This document shows, one piece after another, positions 45,742 through 59,853 of a stretch of DNA of 64,000 nt. Positions within the stretch are counted from its first letter, which is position 1, and the number at the start of each line of letters is the position of its first letter. Location: NCBI RefSeq assembly GCF_009914755.1, contig NC_060929.1. One strand, given 5' to 3'. Under the pieces are notes generated by a model. It saw nothing but the letters and a program-made list of their open reading frames with translations. It did not search any database and was not told the DNA's origin. The position numbers and the translations under genes were made by a program. This stretch comes from the human T2T-CHM13v2.0 reference genome, Homo sapiens.

Positions 45742-47007
45742 GAAAGACTGGTCATGCTACGTCTCCTTGGTCGGAAAGACAGAGCAAAGAGGGCTCTGAG
45801 AAGTCTGTGTATCAGGCTGTGTTTCCATGAAGGCTTTTTTCATTGCTGGGCTAGAATGTAATAGGAAACTAGAACTGCCTACCAAGATAAGCAGCCTTCG
45901 TATTCACCGCATTTCCTCTTGATTTGATGCTGATAGCTGGCCGACCCTACCTCTGGCTTCAGCTCTAACGTGGCTTGTAGGAGCAGAAAGCTGATGAAAA
46001 ATGACTTTTGTTGATTCATTCAGCAGTGAGTTGAGAAAAGCTAGCTGTTGACTTCGTTAAGTAAAATCAACAAAACTTTTCCTCAGCTTAAGCTCTAGAT
46101 TTAGTTAATGTCATTCAAAATAGATGAAAAAGTAGGCAAAATATTGTGTACCCATTTAGACTCCTTCAGTCAGTACCATGGCTGTTGAGAGGCTGCGAGG
46201 ACAGTAGAGTGGGTGAGTCTGGACCCTGGAGCTGGACAGTGTGGGTATCAGGTCCACCTCAGCCACTCCATGGACTTAGGTGAGCACGTAACCCCTCTTT
46301 AAGCCTACTGTGGCGCCAGCCTGCCAGCTGTGTGGTTTTGGCAATTTACCCGCCCTCTCAATGACTCTGATTCCTCATCTGTGAGATGTGGATAACAATA
46401 ATAGTCCTGGCCTCGATACAATGCGTGAGGCAATGTGCTTGTGAGGACTTGGTATCTGCCACGTGGTCAATGACTAGGAGCTGTTGCTGTTAAGGATGCA
46501 AACGTTGACACACGTCTTCATTAAATTCTTAATTAAATGTCCTTCTCACGTTACTACCGATGGTTTCTAGTGACTGAAAATGTGTGCAGTGGAGGGAAAG
46601 GCAGACTATTTTAATTAATAAGCTTTATATAAGTTTTATTAAATCATGAAAAAGGATTTGGTATAGCCATTTTTGAAAGTGGCTATACCACCTTTGAGAT
46701 CTTCAGCAAGTAAGAAGACCTGTAAAGGGTTCCAAGATGTGCTGGTGCTTACAGGACATGTGTAGGAGATCCAAGGTTATTTCTCCAGGGCGTTCACCAT
46801 GTAGGAGTTCAAGATGCTAAAGACCCAGGAACCAGGCTCTTTTGAGACCTATACTCAGGCCTAGGCTACAAGAGCATGTTTGTGTTTGAGAGGCATTAAA
46901 AGAGTAACGGAAAGAGCACTGGGCTTTGTGTAGAATCCCTCCACTCAACCACTTATGAGATCTATAAGCCTGAGCAAGTTAACTGACTTCTGAGCATCAG
47001 TTTATTA

Positions 47008-47330
<323 letters not shown>

Positions 47331-47599
47331 TAGATACAATAATATCTACCTCATAAAGTTGTGATGAGTGTTAAACACCATCGTTAACACATAGTAAGGG
47401 CTCAATAAATTTTCCCCTTTCCCAGTGTAATCTCATCTTTTTCAAGAGTAGAAATAGCTCACCTGGTAAACCCAGAAATAGTAAACCAACCAAAGCATAG
47501 TCAGGGATAAAAATGATTCAAAATGTGTCTGAATCTACTATCACTCTAAACAACACCTCTCTTCAAAACTTTTGACCTAAAACTATCCCTTATAAATAA

Positions 47600-47670
47600 A
47601 TGATGTCTCCTCTCTATAGAGAAGAGATGTCCTACTTTAGAGAAATGATGTCCTCCTACTATAGAGAAGA
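47600..47670. repeat. Degenerate 3-unit ~20-25-bp tandem repeat
   Basis: GATGTC...TAGAGAA occurs three times. Confidence 0.75.
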
Positions 47671-48839
47671 ACTTTTAGACAATGTAGGTGTTGTCTTAAG
47701 GAATGTAAAGAAATAGAGACACATCCTAGAGTAGGACTGCACTTCCCAGCAAGACCAGCTTGCTGACTATAAGGAGAGACACACACAAAATATCACCACC
47801 TCTTGAGACTTTGCTTCCCTTACTGTCTTGCATTGTTCTGTTAGATATCTGTTTGGCAGGTAAGAGACTGTGTCATTCACACATTACCCAGAATTCATTC
47901 ATGGAGCTGGCTTACTTTCCCTCCTAATACCTAAATAAAAATTGGTTGCACTGAGTAAGTGCAGGGCTTGAGTGGGGAAGAGGAGAGAAGGTAGTAGAAC
48001 ACCCAAGGAGAGGAAGAGGCTGTATACACAACCAGTGTTGTTGTATCAATGGGAGTAGAGTTAGTGTAGGCTCAGATGAGACTCTGGAAGATGAGATCAA
48101 GTGCACCTAGTATTTAGAATAATCGCTTCCTTCATCAGCCCTTGTTTGACTTTTGCTTCTAGAACCTATATCATTAGCAGAACAGCTATTCTATCAATTA
48201 CTTATAAATAAGATAAATTTTATGGACTAGATAGTATCCTGCCTACCCTTGGAAATATTACTGTATGTAAGTAAGTGTATTTCTAATAACAAACAGCCAA
48301 CTTGGATATGAATTTGTAAAACCAAGTCTGGTCTTCAACTGTTGTTTGCAGAATATCTAAAACTCGTGACAGCTTGATACGTTCAAATTCCAGATGACCA
48401 AAATGAGCCCCTTGTGTTTATCATGCACATGTTTTGTTATAATTGAATGTCAAGTGTTTAAATCCATTTAAATGAAGATCAGAAAGACACATCATCAATT
48501 CCAGTAAAATTAATTTGATTGGAAGTAAAGCAAAATGTTTGTTTATTTATATGTGATAAAGCACTTATCTTTGTGTGACTTGGCTTTTATGTGAGCAAGC
48601 AGGAAAAAGACAGATATAACCAAAGTATTTTATTAATTCCTATAAGTTATGGATACTGCTGTGTTAAATAATGCACATTGTAAATCAGAATTAAATGCCT
48701 TACACCAGATTGGGTTCCAGGAAGATTGAAAGTTAAATATTTTAAAACAAAACAAGTAAACAAAGAAAGAAACATGAATTTAAGATCTATCAAACTTGTG
48801 AGGGGGGAGGGAAATTAAAATGTATAAACTCAAGAAGAA

Positions 48840-49600
48840 ATCACCTAATAAAAAAGGTGTGCAGACATTGTTATAAAAATGCAAAACACCTGTACATGTT
48901 TAATATAATGTAAGGCAAACAAACCAGAAAAACAGTTATAGCAAGTATTTTATACATAGGCAAAGGGTAATTATCTTTATTATATAAAAATAATCTACCC
49001 AACATATACACACACACACACGTACGTACCTAGACTCTTAAACGATTAGGATTGAATAGATGCTTGGAGAAAATACAATTAGGAAAAATAGTCAACATCA
49101 TTAGATGTTAAGTAAATACAAAATAAAACAAAGTATATAATATTTACTCATCACATTATCAAATTTTGCTTGTTTTAACAATCTTTTTATGATAATACTC
49201 TGCTCCTGGGGGTAGAGGAAATAAAGCCTCATTCACTAATAGAGCATTAAGCTACCCAGCCAACCCACGCAGAAAGCAATTTCGTAACATGGATTCAGGT
49301 AGTCGTATCCTCTGAGGTAGCAGTTCCCTTTCTCTAAAACTACACTAAAAAAAAAAAATCCCAGATGTAAAATAGCCTTCATATATTCATCATGATATGC
49401 TTCATAAAAGTGAAAAATGCCAAACAACCTAAATGTTCAACAATAGAGTGAGGACAAAGTAAAGCCTGATACAGTGAACGAATCTGATATCAGGAGACCT
49501 AAAAGTGATGTTTATGGTGACCGTATATGGAAAAGTATATTCTGTATGATTTCCATGTGTTTAACTATGTATTGGAACATTCTGCAAAAGAGACACACAA
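48840..49600 (+). mobile_element. Old L1M fragment (highly diverged)
   Basis: CAAAGGGTAATTATCTTTATTATATAAA, AAAGCAATTTCGTAACATG and AAACAACCTAAATGTTCAACAATAG are L1-like blocks. Confidence 0.55.
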
Positions 49601-51300
49601 AGTGGTTGCCTTTGCTCTACAGGAGAAGAGGAAACACATAAAGGGGTTAAGAACCTGGGATCTGAGTCCAAATTGTCTGTTTTTAAATCCTAGCTCTGCC
49701 ACTTGAGTATATTTGACTTTAAGCAAGTTTTAAGTTCATCGTGATTAGGTTTCTCCCTCAGTAAGTTAGTGGTAAAATAGTACCCTCCTCCTGGGGTTGT
49801 TGCAAGGATTAAATTTGCTGCTAACCTAGGCAACACCCAGCATATAGCAAGAGCTCAGTAAGCATTAGTTATTTACTATTTATTTCAGTGATACAACCAA
49901 TATGGGCAGGATTTTGCCCCACCTTTCTGCGTTTTCCAATTCAACTTTTCTCCTTGACCATATTACTGTTACATTGGAAAAAAGCAATAAATATTTACCT
50001 GAAGGCCCTGAGAGCTGGGTCAGCTGGATTTTTTTTAGCCACGTAGATTAAGATTCTTATTAGAATATCACAGTTTAGAGACAAAGAATGGATACTTTAT
50101 GGTTGCTAAGACCCAAGAATTGAAATTGGAGTTGCAGTGACAATTCAAATGAACTTTGTGTCCCATTTCATAAGAAGTTAAGACAGTTCAGTTTCCGTAA
50201 AAGACTGCTTGCCTCCTCTAGAAAAGCTTGTGCCAACCCGGTATCATTCCCGCTTCTCCCCACCAACCCACCACCCCCAGCCTTTAGCTCCTAGTTAACT
50301 CAGTGCTGGGCATGCTGCTTTCTCTATAACTTACATGGACTTTTTTAAAAAATGGAATCACATGTTTCAGTAATAATAGCAAGGCAAAAACTTTAAAAAC
50401 ATTTACAACACTGGCATAAGTAAATTTTCTTTGGCAAGGAAAGTAAATTAGGTAAAGGGGAGAGGGAGTAAATTTACACTTTTATTGACACCAATACCTT
50501 TATTAATTTCTGAACATTTCAGTAGTTATCATGCATAATTTGATTTAAATGCAAATTTCTCATTCTAAAAAGATTTTAAAGTTTCAGTTGTAGAGGGAAA
50601 ATTAAGGGGAAAATTGCGTTCTCTTTCCCCTATATTCTCCCACGTTTTCAGGGAAAATTTTGGGGAGAAAATCTCTGCTCATTTTGGAGTCTTCTCTTGC
50701 CAGCAACTAACAAGTCTGTACAATACAGTTACCAAGGCAATGTCAAGACCATGTAGACAGAGGGAGAAAATGTGGTGTGAAGACAGGGAGATGATGAAAA
50801 TGGATTAACAATGTGAACATGAGGGGTTTTTCTAACTGGAAAAAAAAATAAAATCACACTATCCTTTAAAAGTGGTTATGTTAGCAATTCTAACATCTGT
50901 TGTTATAAAGGAACTTAATTAAAATAAAGCCTTTTTTTTCTATATCACCTGTTCGTGAATGCTTATTTGTTTCCTAATTATGCCCCAATCTTTGTAACTC
51001 TGTATTGAGCCAGGTCAGAATGAGTTCCACTGCATTCAAGTTAGACAAAGGGATTTTTTTACTTGTTGAAACTAGAAAGAGTTTTTTTCTATAAGTTCTA
51101 TTGAACCACGGATTCAGCCAGACCCTCACAGATAATGACTGCAAAGATAGATACATCTCTTGCTCCCAAAGCAGCACAGATATTTGCTGCTTAAATAAAT
51201 ACAACCACCAGCCAAATACTTACTCATTTTGCTAGGGCTGTTCCTTCTGTTTCAAAAAAGACTCAATTTTTCTTTTTCTTTTTTTTTTTTTTTCCTTCAG

Positions 51301-51438
51301 GTACAATCCTTGGATTTACCCTCCGACCATACAGAATGAGCTACCGGGAAGTCAAGTACTTCTCCTTTCCTGGGGAACTTCTGATGAGGATGTTACAGAT
51401 GCTGGTCTTACCACTTATCATCTCCAGTCTTGTCACAG
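51301..51438 (+). CDS. SLC1A3: EAAT1 exon 3 (138 nt, phase 1-1), about aa 61-106
   Basis: Long poly-U tract and CAG| at 51300; reads (G)[45 protein letters not shown](G) in frame with exon 2; donor CAG|GTACCA at 51439. Confidence 0.99.
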
Positions 51439-54400
51439 GTACCATAAGCAGTTGTTGGTTTGTTTGGTTTTTTTTAAGTGTGTTTATTGCAAAAGATTGC
51501 TTAGAAAAGCCAGTGCTTTAGGTTTCTGCTGGATGCATGCTCTGTTCTAGAAAAAAAAAAAAAGTCCCTTCAAAATGATGGAAAGGAGGCTTTAGTAATG
51601 CATGAATGATTATAACTCTCGTATTTTACCAATCACAAGAGGAAACGAATTTAAACAGCCACGTAATCTGGTTCGCCTCACAGTGAACGAGGTGCCCTGC
51701 TAAACACCACACCATCAGCCTTCTCTGACCACAGTGATGTAGTTGACAACAGCGTACAACAGGTCTGTTTTCTCACCCTCTTATCCCACCCAGATAACAT
51801 CTGGTTGGACAGCCTATTAGCTATTGATGCAAGAATGCTTGTTCTCAGAACCACCAGGACTTGAGCGGGAGCCTTCTTGGAAGCCTCATCAAGAGGTAAT
51901 GCCCACAACACTCACCAACTCTGCTGCCACCAACACTTATCTTTTCCTGGTGTACCCGCATGATTTCATTTCCTTCTCCAGTTGCCTCCCACCCCCGTTA
52001 CCTTTTATGCTAGTGGGAGAAGGGGGAGGGGGCGGGAGATTTTCCCATCTGAATATTTTATCAGTGGACACTTGGATTTTTAACAAGTGGAAGCTTTGCA
52101 GGATAGGATTCTATGTTCTATGACAATGAGATAACCATTTATTCCTGCATGGGAAAAGGTGAAAGAGTCATTTGTCTATGTGATTGGTGAATCAGATGGA
52201 GCCAAGAAGTTGCAGAAAAATGTTACTGTACATTCCTTCCTGCCCACTCTTCTCTTTCCCCACAGCACATCTCTGACTTGGAGAAGGAATTTCCATAGAC
52301 ACTGCCCGAGCAGGATGATTTCTGGGTTTGTAGGTAAAGCTCAGAACTCAGGTATTACTGACCCTATTCTCTTTTCCACCCTTGGCTCACTGTTCCCCTG
52401 TTGGGCATATACCACTCTACCTCTATGTGAGCTGGCACTGAGAATCCTTCCCATCCCAGGGAGTTCTCAAGGATATTTATACTATCCTTCAAGATCTCTG
52501 TGTAATGAGAACTTCATAGTACAACTCAAAAGTCATGGAGGAACATTCTATTACATGCCTTGGAGGGCTGGCTATTACTTAGACAGGAACTATGTCAGAT
52601 TTTCCCTCAATGCCTTGCAGATCTCTGCTGGTTTCCACTTGTCCAGGGCCTTAAACAAGTGATTGCATGTACATATGCTTTCACTGGAGAATGAATTGCC
52701 CATAAAACAGTCCTGGAGTTGATTTGATGTACTTGTTTGTGAAGCTGGGATGGTCCATTGCTGACCAGGGGTAATCACAGCAGCTACAGTTCTTACCACA
52801 AAAGCTATATTCATGCTGACATGAGGGCACATGCTTATTTTATTATCCATATGCTGATATTTTTCTGGGAAACAAATTATTCACAGAAAGCACTTGTAAG
52901 ACAGAACCCACATCTGACATTTTCTGTGGTAGAGCAGAGTCTCTCCTCACCATCCCTGCTGGCAGGGCATCTGGATTAAGTGCCTGCAGTTTTCCTATAC
53001 ACAAACCGAGGGGTTCTGGATCTTTTATACTTTCTCTTCAAGGGTGGAACCAATGTTTAGAGGTATCTGCTTTCTCTTAACTGTGCTGAAAATCCAATGT
53101 GTTACTCTTTAAAAGAGAAAAGCCCTTATATGATACAATTAGAGAAGTGTTACTTCCCCTTAGCAGCAGTCCCAGTTGATCACCACCTTGAAGTGGAATT
53201 TCCTGATTTTTCTTAATACCTAATAACAAACAACTTTATTGAAGAAATAAGAACTTTGGTTGTGTAATTTTTCAGAAAAAAAAATACTATGATGCAATCC
53301 CTTTGCATGGCTAAAGAGAAATTTTTGGTCAAAACTTGGAAAAATTGTTAACATTTATAATATTGTTAAAGAGAAAAGAATTATAAGCTGCAAACAACTA
53401 ATATAAAATGAACTTTTAAAACTGTAACCTAATTGCAAGTTGGGAGTGTTGCCAAATTGGACCATTAAGAGAGTTTTAGCTCTTGTCCAGGACTGTGCTA
53501 AGGCAAGGAGTCTGAGGGGCAGAATTTAGTTCGCCAAAGATCTTTTTAAGGTGTTAGTCTGAAGTGAGTAATTTCCAAACTACACAGTAATTTAGATATT
53601 TATGATCAAATGGAATGAATGATGGATTCAGTAAGAATGTCCTTTATGGTTTTGAATACAATAATTCTAACCCAAATGAGGGTATGACCCAGCTATAATG
53701 GGAAGGGAGGAACTTCTACAAATTACACAGACCCCTGGAGGATCCCTGTGTATACTGGGAAATGTTACTGGAGAATGTGTTGCCTAGGGAAGAAACAAAG
53801 GCAGGCTCCATTGCTTTAGAGTGGAAAGGCAACCTCAAATGCCTCCAGTGGCCACGTGGGTGATGCATGTACATGAAGCTGCCCTTTCAGGCTATTTTTT
53901 GTTTTCCTATTTTGATAGAGTCATGGATACAGAGAAATATTTCTCTTCAACAAGAGAACTAAGAGGGACAAGTATGATGATAAACGGAGAGGGACCCAAC
54001 TACAGAATAATATGGCAAAAGGCAGGCAAAGAGACTATTGAGACAAGGGCCAGATCTTCCTGTTTTTCAAGAGTATCCAGAAATCTCAAATTTTTTAAGA
54101 ACCTGCAGATTCTTTGATACAATTCACGAAACAAACCAGTGCAAAGCAAACACAGTACACCCATTCCAATGTAATTCCAATGGCAGGCCCATTCCAACCC
54201 TCAGACTACCAATATTTGAACTCAGGTTTGAATGTCAGAATCCAATCATTGGCAGTCCTGTGCCAAAGCTTAACTGATAATGTGGAATTCACTACTGAAC
54301 ATCATGTTTACTGCTGACTAAACAAATTGCTATTGGAAAGCCTCTTCTCTCCATCTTCTGGGTATAACTGCATTGTGTAGTAGCCATTCTGGTCTTTTCT

Positions 54401-55844
54401 GCACCAGAAGGAACACTGGAGTAAGAACTCAGAGGTCATGCTCCCATAGGAAATATTTCCCAGTGGGGAAATACTTTATAGACTTGTTTCTCCTAAGTTC
54501 AGTTGTCCCAGGGTCTGTAGACAGAAACTGAAATGCATAAAACTATTATTGTGTTTCTTGGACTAAGCTTTTTATTGTGGAAGATTCTAGAAAACATGCT
54601 ATAAGTTTAATTGTACTAAAGCCACATTTAAATTCTGAGACATCTAAGTTATATTTTTTACTTGAAACATCCGTGTTTATGAGTTGTGGCTCTATAGCCC
54701 TTGTAAGCCATGTTCCCTTTTCCCTGAATTTGAAACTCCAATCTTTCCAAACATCCCTGGTGTGTATTAGCATTCCAGAGGCTGCCAGAAAGAAGCTGGG
54801 AGGAAGCCTAATGGCTAGATTTGTACTCAAGTACCTATTTTTTGGACAAGAAGACTATGTCTGTGCCAACACACCACACAATAAAATAGGGGTTTGGTGC
54901 CAGTTTCTATCGATTTGGTCAGGATGGGCAGCCAAACTAGAAATTTCATGCCAGAAATATGAGTTGGTTTGGCTGACTTAGCCTGATTAAATTCACTGGA
55001 TAATAATTAAATGTCACATCTGGTTGTGCAGGGTAGACATAACTATTACCTCCTCACTTCTGAATCTTTTCAGAAACTAGTGCTTTCTTCTTTTCTCATT
55101 CTAAGTGTGCATTCCCCCTCAATCACTTACCTCAGAAGAAATCTTTGGTGTCACCCCAGTTTTCTGGAAGTGGGGAGCACAACTTTTGACATGCAATCTC
55201 TGTGGTGTTGGGCATGATGTAAGTAAAAGAGGTGAGAGAGGAGTGTCAACACGAGTAAAAGCAACAGTGTCTGGGACGTATGGTAGGGCACCCTCGAGGC
55301 AGGATTATCAAGTAGATGAAATTTCTCATTTAACATTCATTCATTCTTTAACAGCTGTTTATTGCGCTTCTACTATGTCAGACACTGGGGATACATGAAC
55401 ACAAAGATACAGTCCCCAAGAAGATGTATGTTGGGTGCTGAGGAGAGAGCTTCCCTGCATCCCTTAATTCACATAATATTCCAGTTCCAACTAAAAGGAG
55501 ATAAGACTCGTTCTCTGTACTCCCAACAAGAAAGTGACAAGCTGATTTTTAAGAACATGATTTCAAATCTGATTTTCATGACACAGCATCTCCATCCTAA
55601 AGTCAACTAGCCCAGAATTTTCCATCATAGGTACCATCTCAGTCTCATTTACTTAATATTTTCTTTAAACCAACATACTCTTCTTCCACAGCCTACAATC
55701 ATTACCCAAAATGGAAACCTCCTATTACTTGTCATGTGAAGGAGATAAGTAACAATGTTATGAAATTGTAAATTGATGCAATTGCCTAACAAAGGCTCTG
55801 GGAGCCTGAGACCCGACTCCCCCGCTCTTGTAGTATTTTTAAAT

Positions 55845-56165
55845 GGCTGGGCGTCGTGGCTCATGCCTGTAATCCCAGCACTTTGGGAGACTAAAGCTGG
55901 CAGATCACTTGAGGTCACATGTTCGAGACCAGCCTGGCCAACATGGTGAAACCCCATCTCTACTAAAAATACAAAAATTAGCCAGGAGTGGTGGCGTGTG
56001 CCTGTAATCCCAGCTACTCGGGAGTCTGAGGCAGGAGAATCACTTGAACCCAGGAGGCTGAGGTTACAGTGAGCCAAGATTGCGCCACTGTAGTCCAGCA
56101 TGGGTAACGGAGTGAGGCTCTGTCTCAAAAAAAGAAATATAAATAAATAAATAAATAAATAAATA
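55845..56165 (+). mobile_element. AluS with (AAAT)n tail
   Basis: Full dimer. Confidence 0.94.
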
Positions 56166-57892
56166 GAGGGGATTAGCAAATGTTAACAAGGTGTTAAACA
56201 CACATTAGTACCAAAATAAGACTTTGCCTTTCCTGTAATCCAAAGAATCAAAAGAGAATTGAAAAGAATGACTTTCTCACTGTGATTTAATATTAATTAA
56301 GGTAGGGTTTCCACACCACCAGAACACCTATCCCACTTTGGAAAGCACTGATCTGGTGGTCCAGACATTCCTGCAGTGTCCCTTCCAAATGACTGTCCAG
56401 CTTCTTCCTGAACATTTCTAAAGACAAGAGCTCTTTGGAACCCATTTGTCCTTAGAAAACTCTAACAATACTTTTTTTTTTATCCAAAATAAAACAAATA
56501 AATTTAAAAACCAGAAAAACAAAACACAACACCTGCCTCTCTGGTCCTCTCCTCTCCATGTGACAAGCTCTATGATGTGTCACATATTATTTGGGCAGCT
56601 TCTTTTCAAATCTATAGACCAACAACTTCAGTCAAATGTGGGACTCAATGACTGTTGAAGGCAGTGAGCTAGAATCACCAGCAAAGGGCTTTCTTAATTA
56701 AAAATAATAAATGTTGTACCTCAAAGTACGGTCCTTTGGCTTCAGAGAGATGACAGTTACAGTAAGAGTGAACTAAAGTTTTGTCATTTCGTGTAACACA
56801 AAAGGGCTAGACAATTCTTAAATCTTCGCATCTGAAGGGTTTGTCAAGGGCTTGCAAAATGAGTCGAAATCACTTAAGAGAAATTTAATATCTTAAACTA
56901 TGCATTGCCATGGCTCTGGTGTATGTCTGAGGCCTGTTTGAATACTCTGAGCATTTATGGACAAGAAAAGGAGCTGTAGATTTCACCACCTGCCCCCCTC
57001 AACACCTACCCGTACGTTGTATTGAAAAAAAAAAAAAACAGTATCTAACGCAGGGAGGAATTTCTTTAGGCTTCCCTTTCATTCTCTATAAAATGTAAGT
57101 GATAAGATACCTGTGTCACAAGGTTGTTGTGAGGATTTATGCCTGGCACATAGTGTGTGCTCAATTAATGGTAGCTGTTGGCGGTAAGAGTAGCAGCAAG
57201 AGCTGTCTTCTGGCGGTTCCCATTGTATAAATGAAAATTCTAGAGCAAGAAGACAGAGCTTCAAGTCAGGGACACGGAACTAAGGCTCCAGATTTCACAA
57301 GTCTCATTTGTCTTTGATCCCTGAAGCAACCACTTTCCTATTAAGGTAAATTGAAGAAACCATAAAATTAATCCGGTAACAACATGGGAGCCAGCGAGAA
57401 TTCCTACCTCATTACTGGAAGGGATAGGTTTCTGCCCTGCGGCATGGAATTCGATTACCTTATCACAGCTGCATAATTGTAAATATTTTCATTGGTTATA
57501 CAATTGCTGTGTCTTTTCTGAGAAACTCAGCCCCAATGTGTAACACCCTGGATTCCACGGGGCAGCAAATTCCACACACTGCACCCATGTTGTGAGCGGA
57601 GATTTTCGGGCTGACCAAAACTTGAGGCGAACTGAGTCTCCATCTTAACACTCAAACACACTTCATGGCGGCCTGGAAACAAGGCAATCATTGTGAAGCT
57701 TCAGCCCAGTTCTTCTGAAACCAACGTATTGGGCCTGCTTCATTGTCTCTCTAGGGGCTAATCACAAACATGTGGGAAGGGAAGCTAAGGAATGCCTGTC
57801 TAGAAAGGGAGGTTGTATAATGTAGTGGGAAGAACCTATCTGTGGGGTAAACTTTTTTTGCATCATGTAGAAAGCAAATCTGGGTAATTAAA

Positions 57893-57896
<4 letters not shown>

Positions 57897-57948
<52 letters not shown>
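57897..57948. repeat. (TG)26 microsatellite
   Basis: Uninterrupted TG run. Confidence 0.97.
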
Positions 57949-57951
<3 letters not shown>

Positions 57952-58308
57952 TTAGGTTTTGGTGAGGTATAAAGCCATTTAAGTCTAGCTATACCAAAAA
58001 GAATTTACCTTTCCATTACAGATGATTCATTCAGTAAGCATTTGTTGAGGATCTTTATATGCCAGGTGCTTCTCTAGGAGCTGAGGATACCAAAATGGAG
58101 AAGACAAGATTTCTGCCCTCAAGGCGTTCAACGTCTGGTTGGGAGATGGACTCATGATTGCAGTATTCATGGTATCAGTGACATGGGTAGTATCATCTCA
58201 ATGAAGGAACAACTTAGGGAAGGAACGATGCACCCGTCTCTTGCCCTGCCTCTCCAGTATTCGGGCTTCTTTGCTGGGAAATAACTCTATTAGCAGAGAA
58301 GAAGGGGG

Positions 58309-58336
58309 TCTTTTCTTTTTCTTTCTTTCTTTCTTT

Positions 58337-58371
<35 letters not shown>

Positions 58372-58482
58372 CTTTCTTTCTTTCTTTCTCTCTCTTTCCT
58401 TTTCTCTCTCTCTTTCCTTTCTTTCTTTCTCCCCTTCCTTCCTTTCTTTTTCTTCCTTTCTTCTTTCTTTTTTTTTTTTTTT
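58309..58482. repeat. 174-nt pure polypyrimidine (CTTT)n-type tract
   Basis: No purine on the + strand across the interval. Confidence 0.97.
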
Positions 58483-59689
58483 GCCCTGAATTGTTTTCCT
58501 CTCACCTGAGTCTTTCACCATTAAATGCAGAAAGAACCAGAGGTGGGGCCCTGTGAAATTCCCAAGAAAAGTCAACCTGAGGAACATGGCCTCACAAATG
58601 GGAAGTAAAGGAGAAAAGGTGCTTGACAGGCTTTCAACGACAGAAACCTTCCCTTTCGAAGGGAGCTTGCAGGAAGGGAGCCAGGAGACCTGAGGATCTC
58701 TGGGCTCATGCAACCTTGCTACCAGAGCAGGAATCCCCTCTCCAGCCCCTGGAAAGTGGCCATGGAGCTCCCCTAAATGGTCCATTCTTAGGTGGTCTCA
58801 ACTACGAAGTCTGTCTTCTGTGAGGTCCACCTATTGGTCCTAATTGTGTTATTTGGCACAATTAGGATGGCAGTCTTTCAGATGGTCTCAGGGGAGCACC
58901 TAGCAGTCTCTTGGGCACCTAAGCATAAGCAAAGTGTCCCAGTGCTTCTTCTGTGCCTGTTCTCCAGGACTTCCACCATCCTGATTGCCTCTCCACCATC
59001 CACTGTGCTCCCAGAGCTGATCCTGGTGCTCCAGATGTCATGTGACTGGGTAGGGACAGTGGTCTAGATCCAATCCTCTATTAATGCAGGCCAAGGTTGG
59101 GTCCGCTGCTTTACCAGCCACGACAAACCATTGGCTTAGAGGAGTTAAGCTTGTGGTCAACTAAATCCTGCAGAACTGAGTGTGGAAAGATTTTTGTGGC
59201 AAAAATGGAATTGTTCTTCAATTAAAAGATCAGTAATAAAAGGCATACGGCTTTGTTGTGAGATGCTGCTTTCCAGAAGGCTTGAGCCTGTGTGAGTTAG
59301 AAATTCTTATTTGCTAATTTCAGCAGCTTCAAGTGAGCCAGAGATTTTGATCAGTTCTCGTTTGGAAGAAATTTTTGAAAAATTTAAAGAAAAGGTAAAT
59401 AAGAAAGGAAAATTTAAAGCTTCCTTTATCTCTAGGAAAAATAAGATTTTCCACCCTTAAATTATCAACTTAATAAATCTCCTTCAGAATGCTGTGGAAC
59501 TGCAGGTTTCTTCTGCTGATATCATGGTTTCCAAGAGAGTGAGTTACCTGGTTAATTCTGACTTGGAGGTTTGTGCCTAAGGATTGGAGGTGGCAGGTTG
59601 GGGTTGGAGGTGGGGAATACTTCCGAAGTGAGACACTGTCTTAGGCTCTTCTAATTTCTAGAGCTCACATTCTGAGAGGATGCACTGTC

Positions 59690-59853
59690 CCATCAGATTA
59701 ATTGCACTACATAGAGGTAGTGCCCAGCTTCCAATCCCTGCCCCCCACCCCAGAGTTCTTTAATTAATTGATCTGAAATGGAGCTTGGGAGTTGACATTT
59801 ATTTGTAGTTCTCTAGATGATTCTATTGTGCACCCATGGTTGAAAACTACCAC
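59690..59853. mobile_element. MER5-like hAT-Charlie MITE
   Basis: CCCCACCCCAGAGTTCT...TTAATTGATCTG...GATGATTCTATTGTGCACCCATGGTTGAAAACTACCACT. Confidence 0.6.

Noticed and set aside
52159-52662. 167-aa intronic ORF on the + strand
   Set aside because: It starts at GTG, does not resemble EAAT1 exon 4 or any family I recognise, and has no convincing splice sites.
58198-58785. 195-aa K/E/R-rich ORF
   Set aside because: It reads through the stop-free (AAAG)n tract and is a low-complexity artefact.
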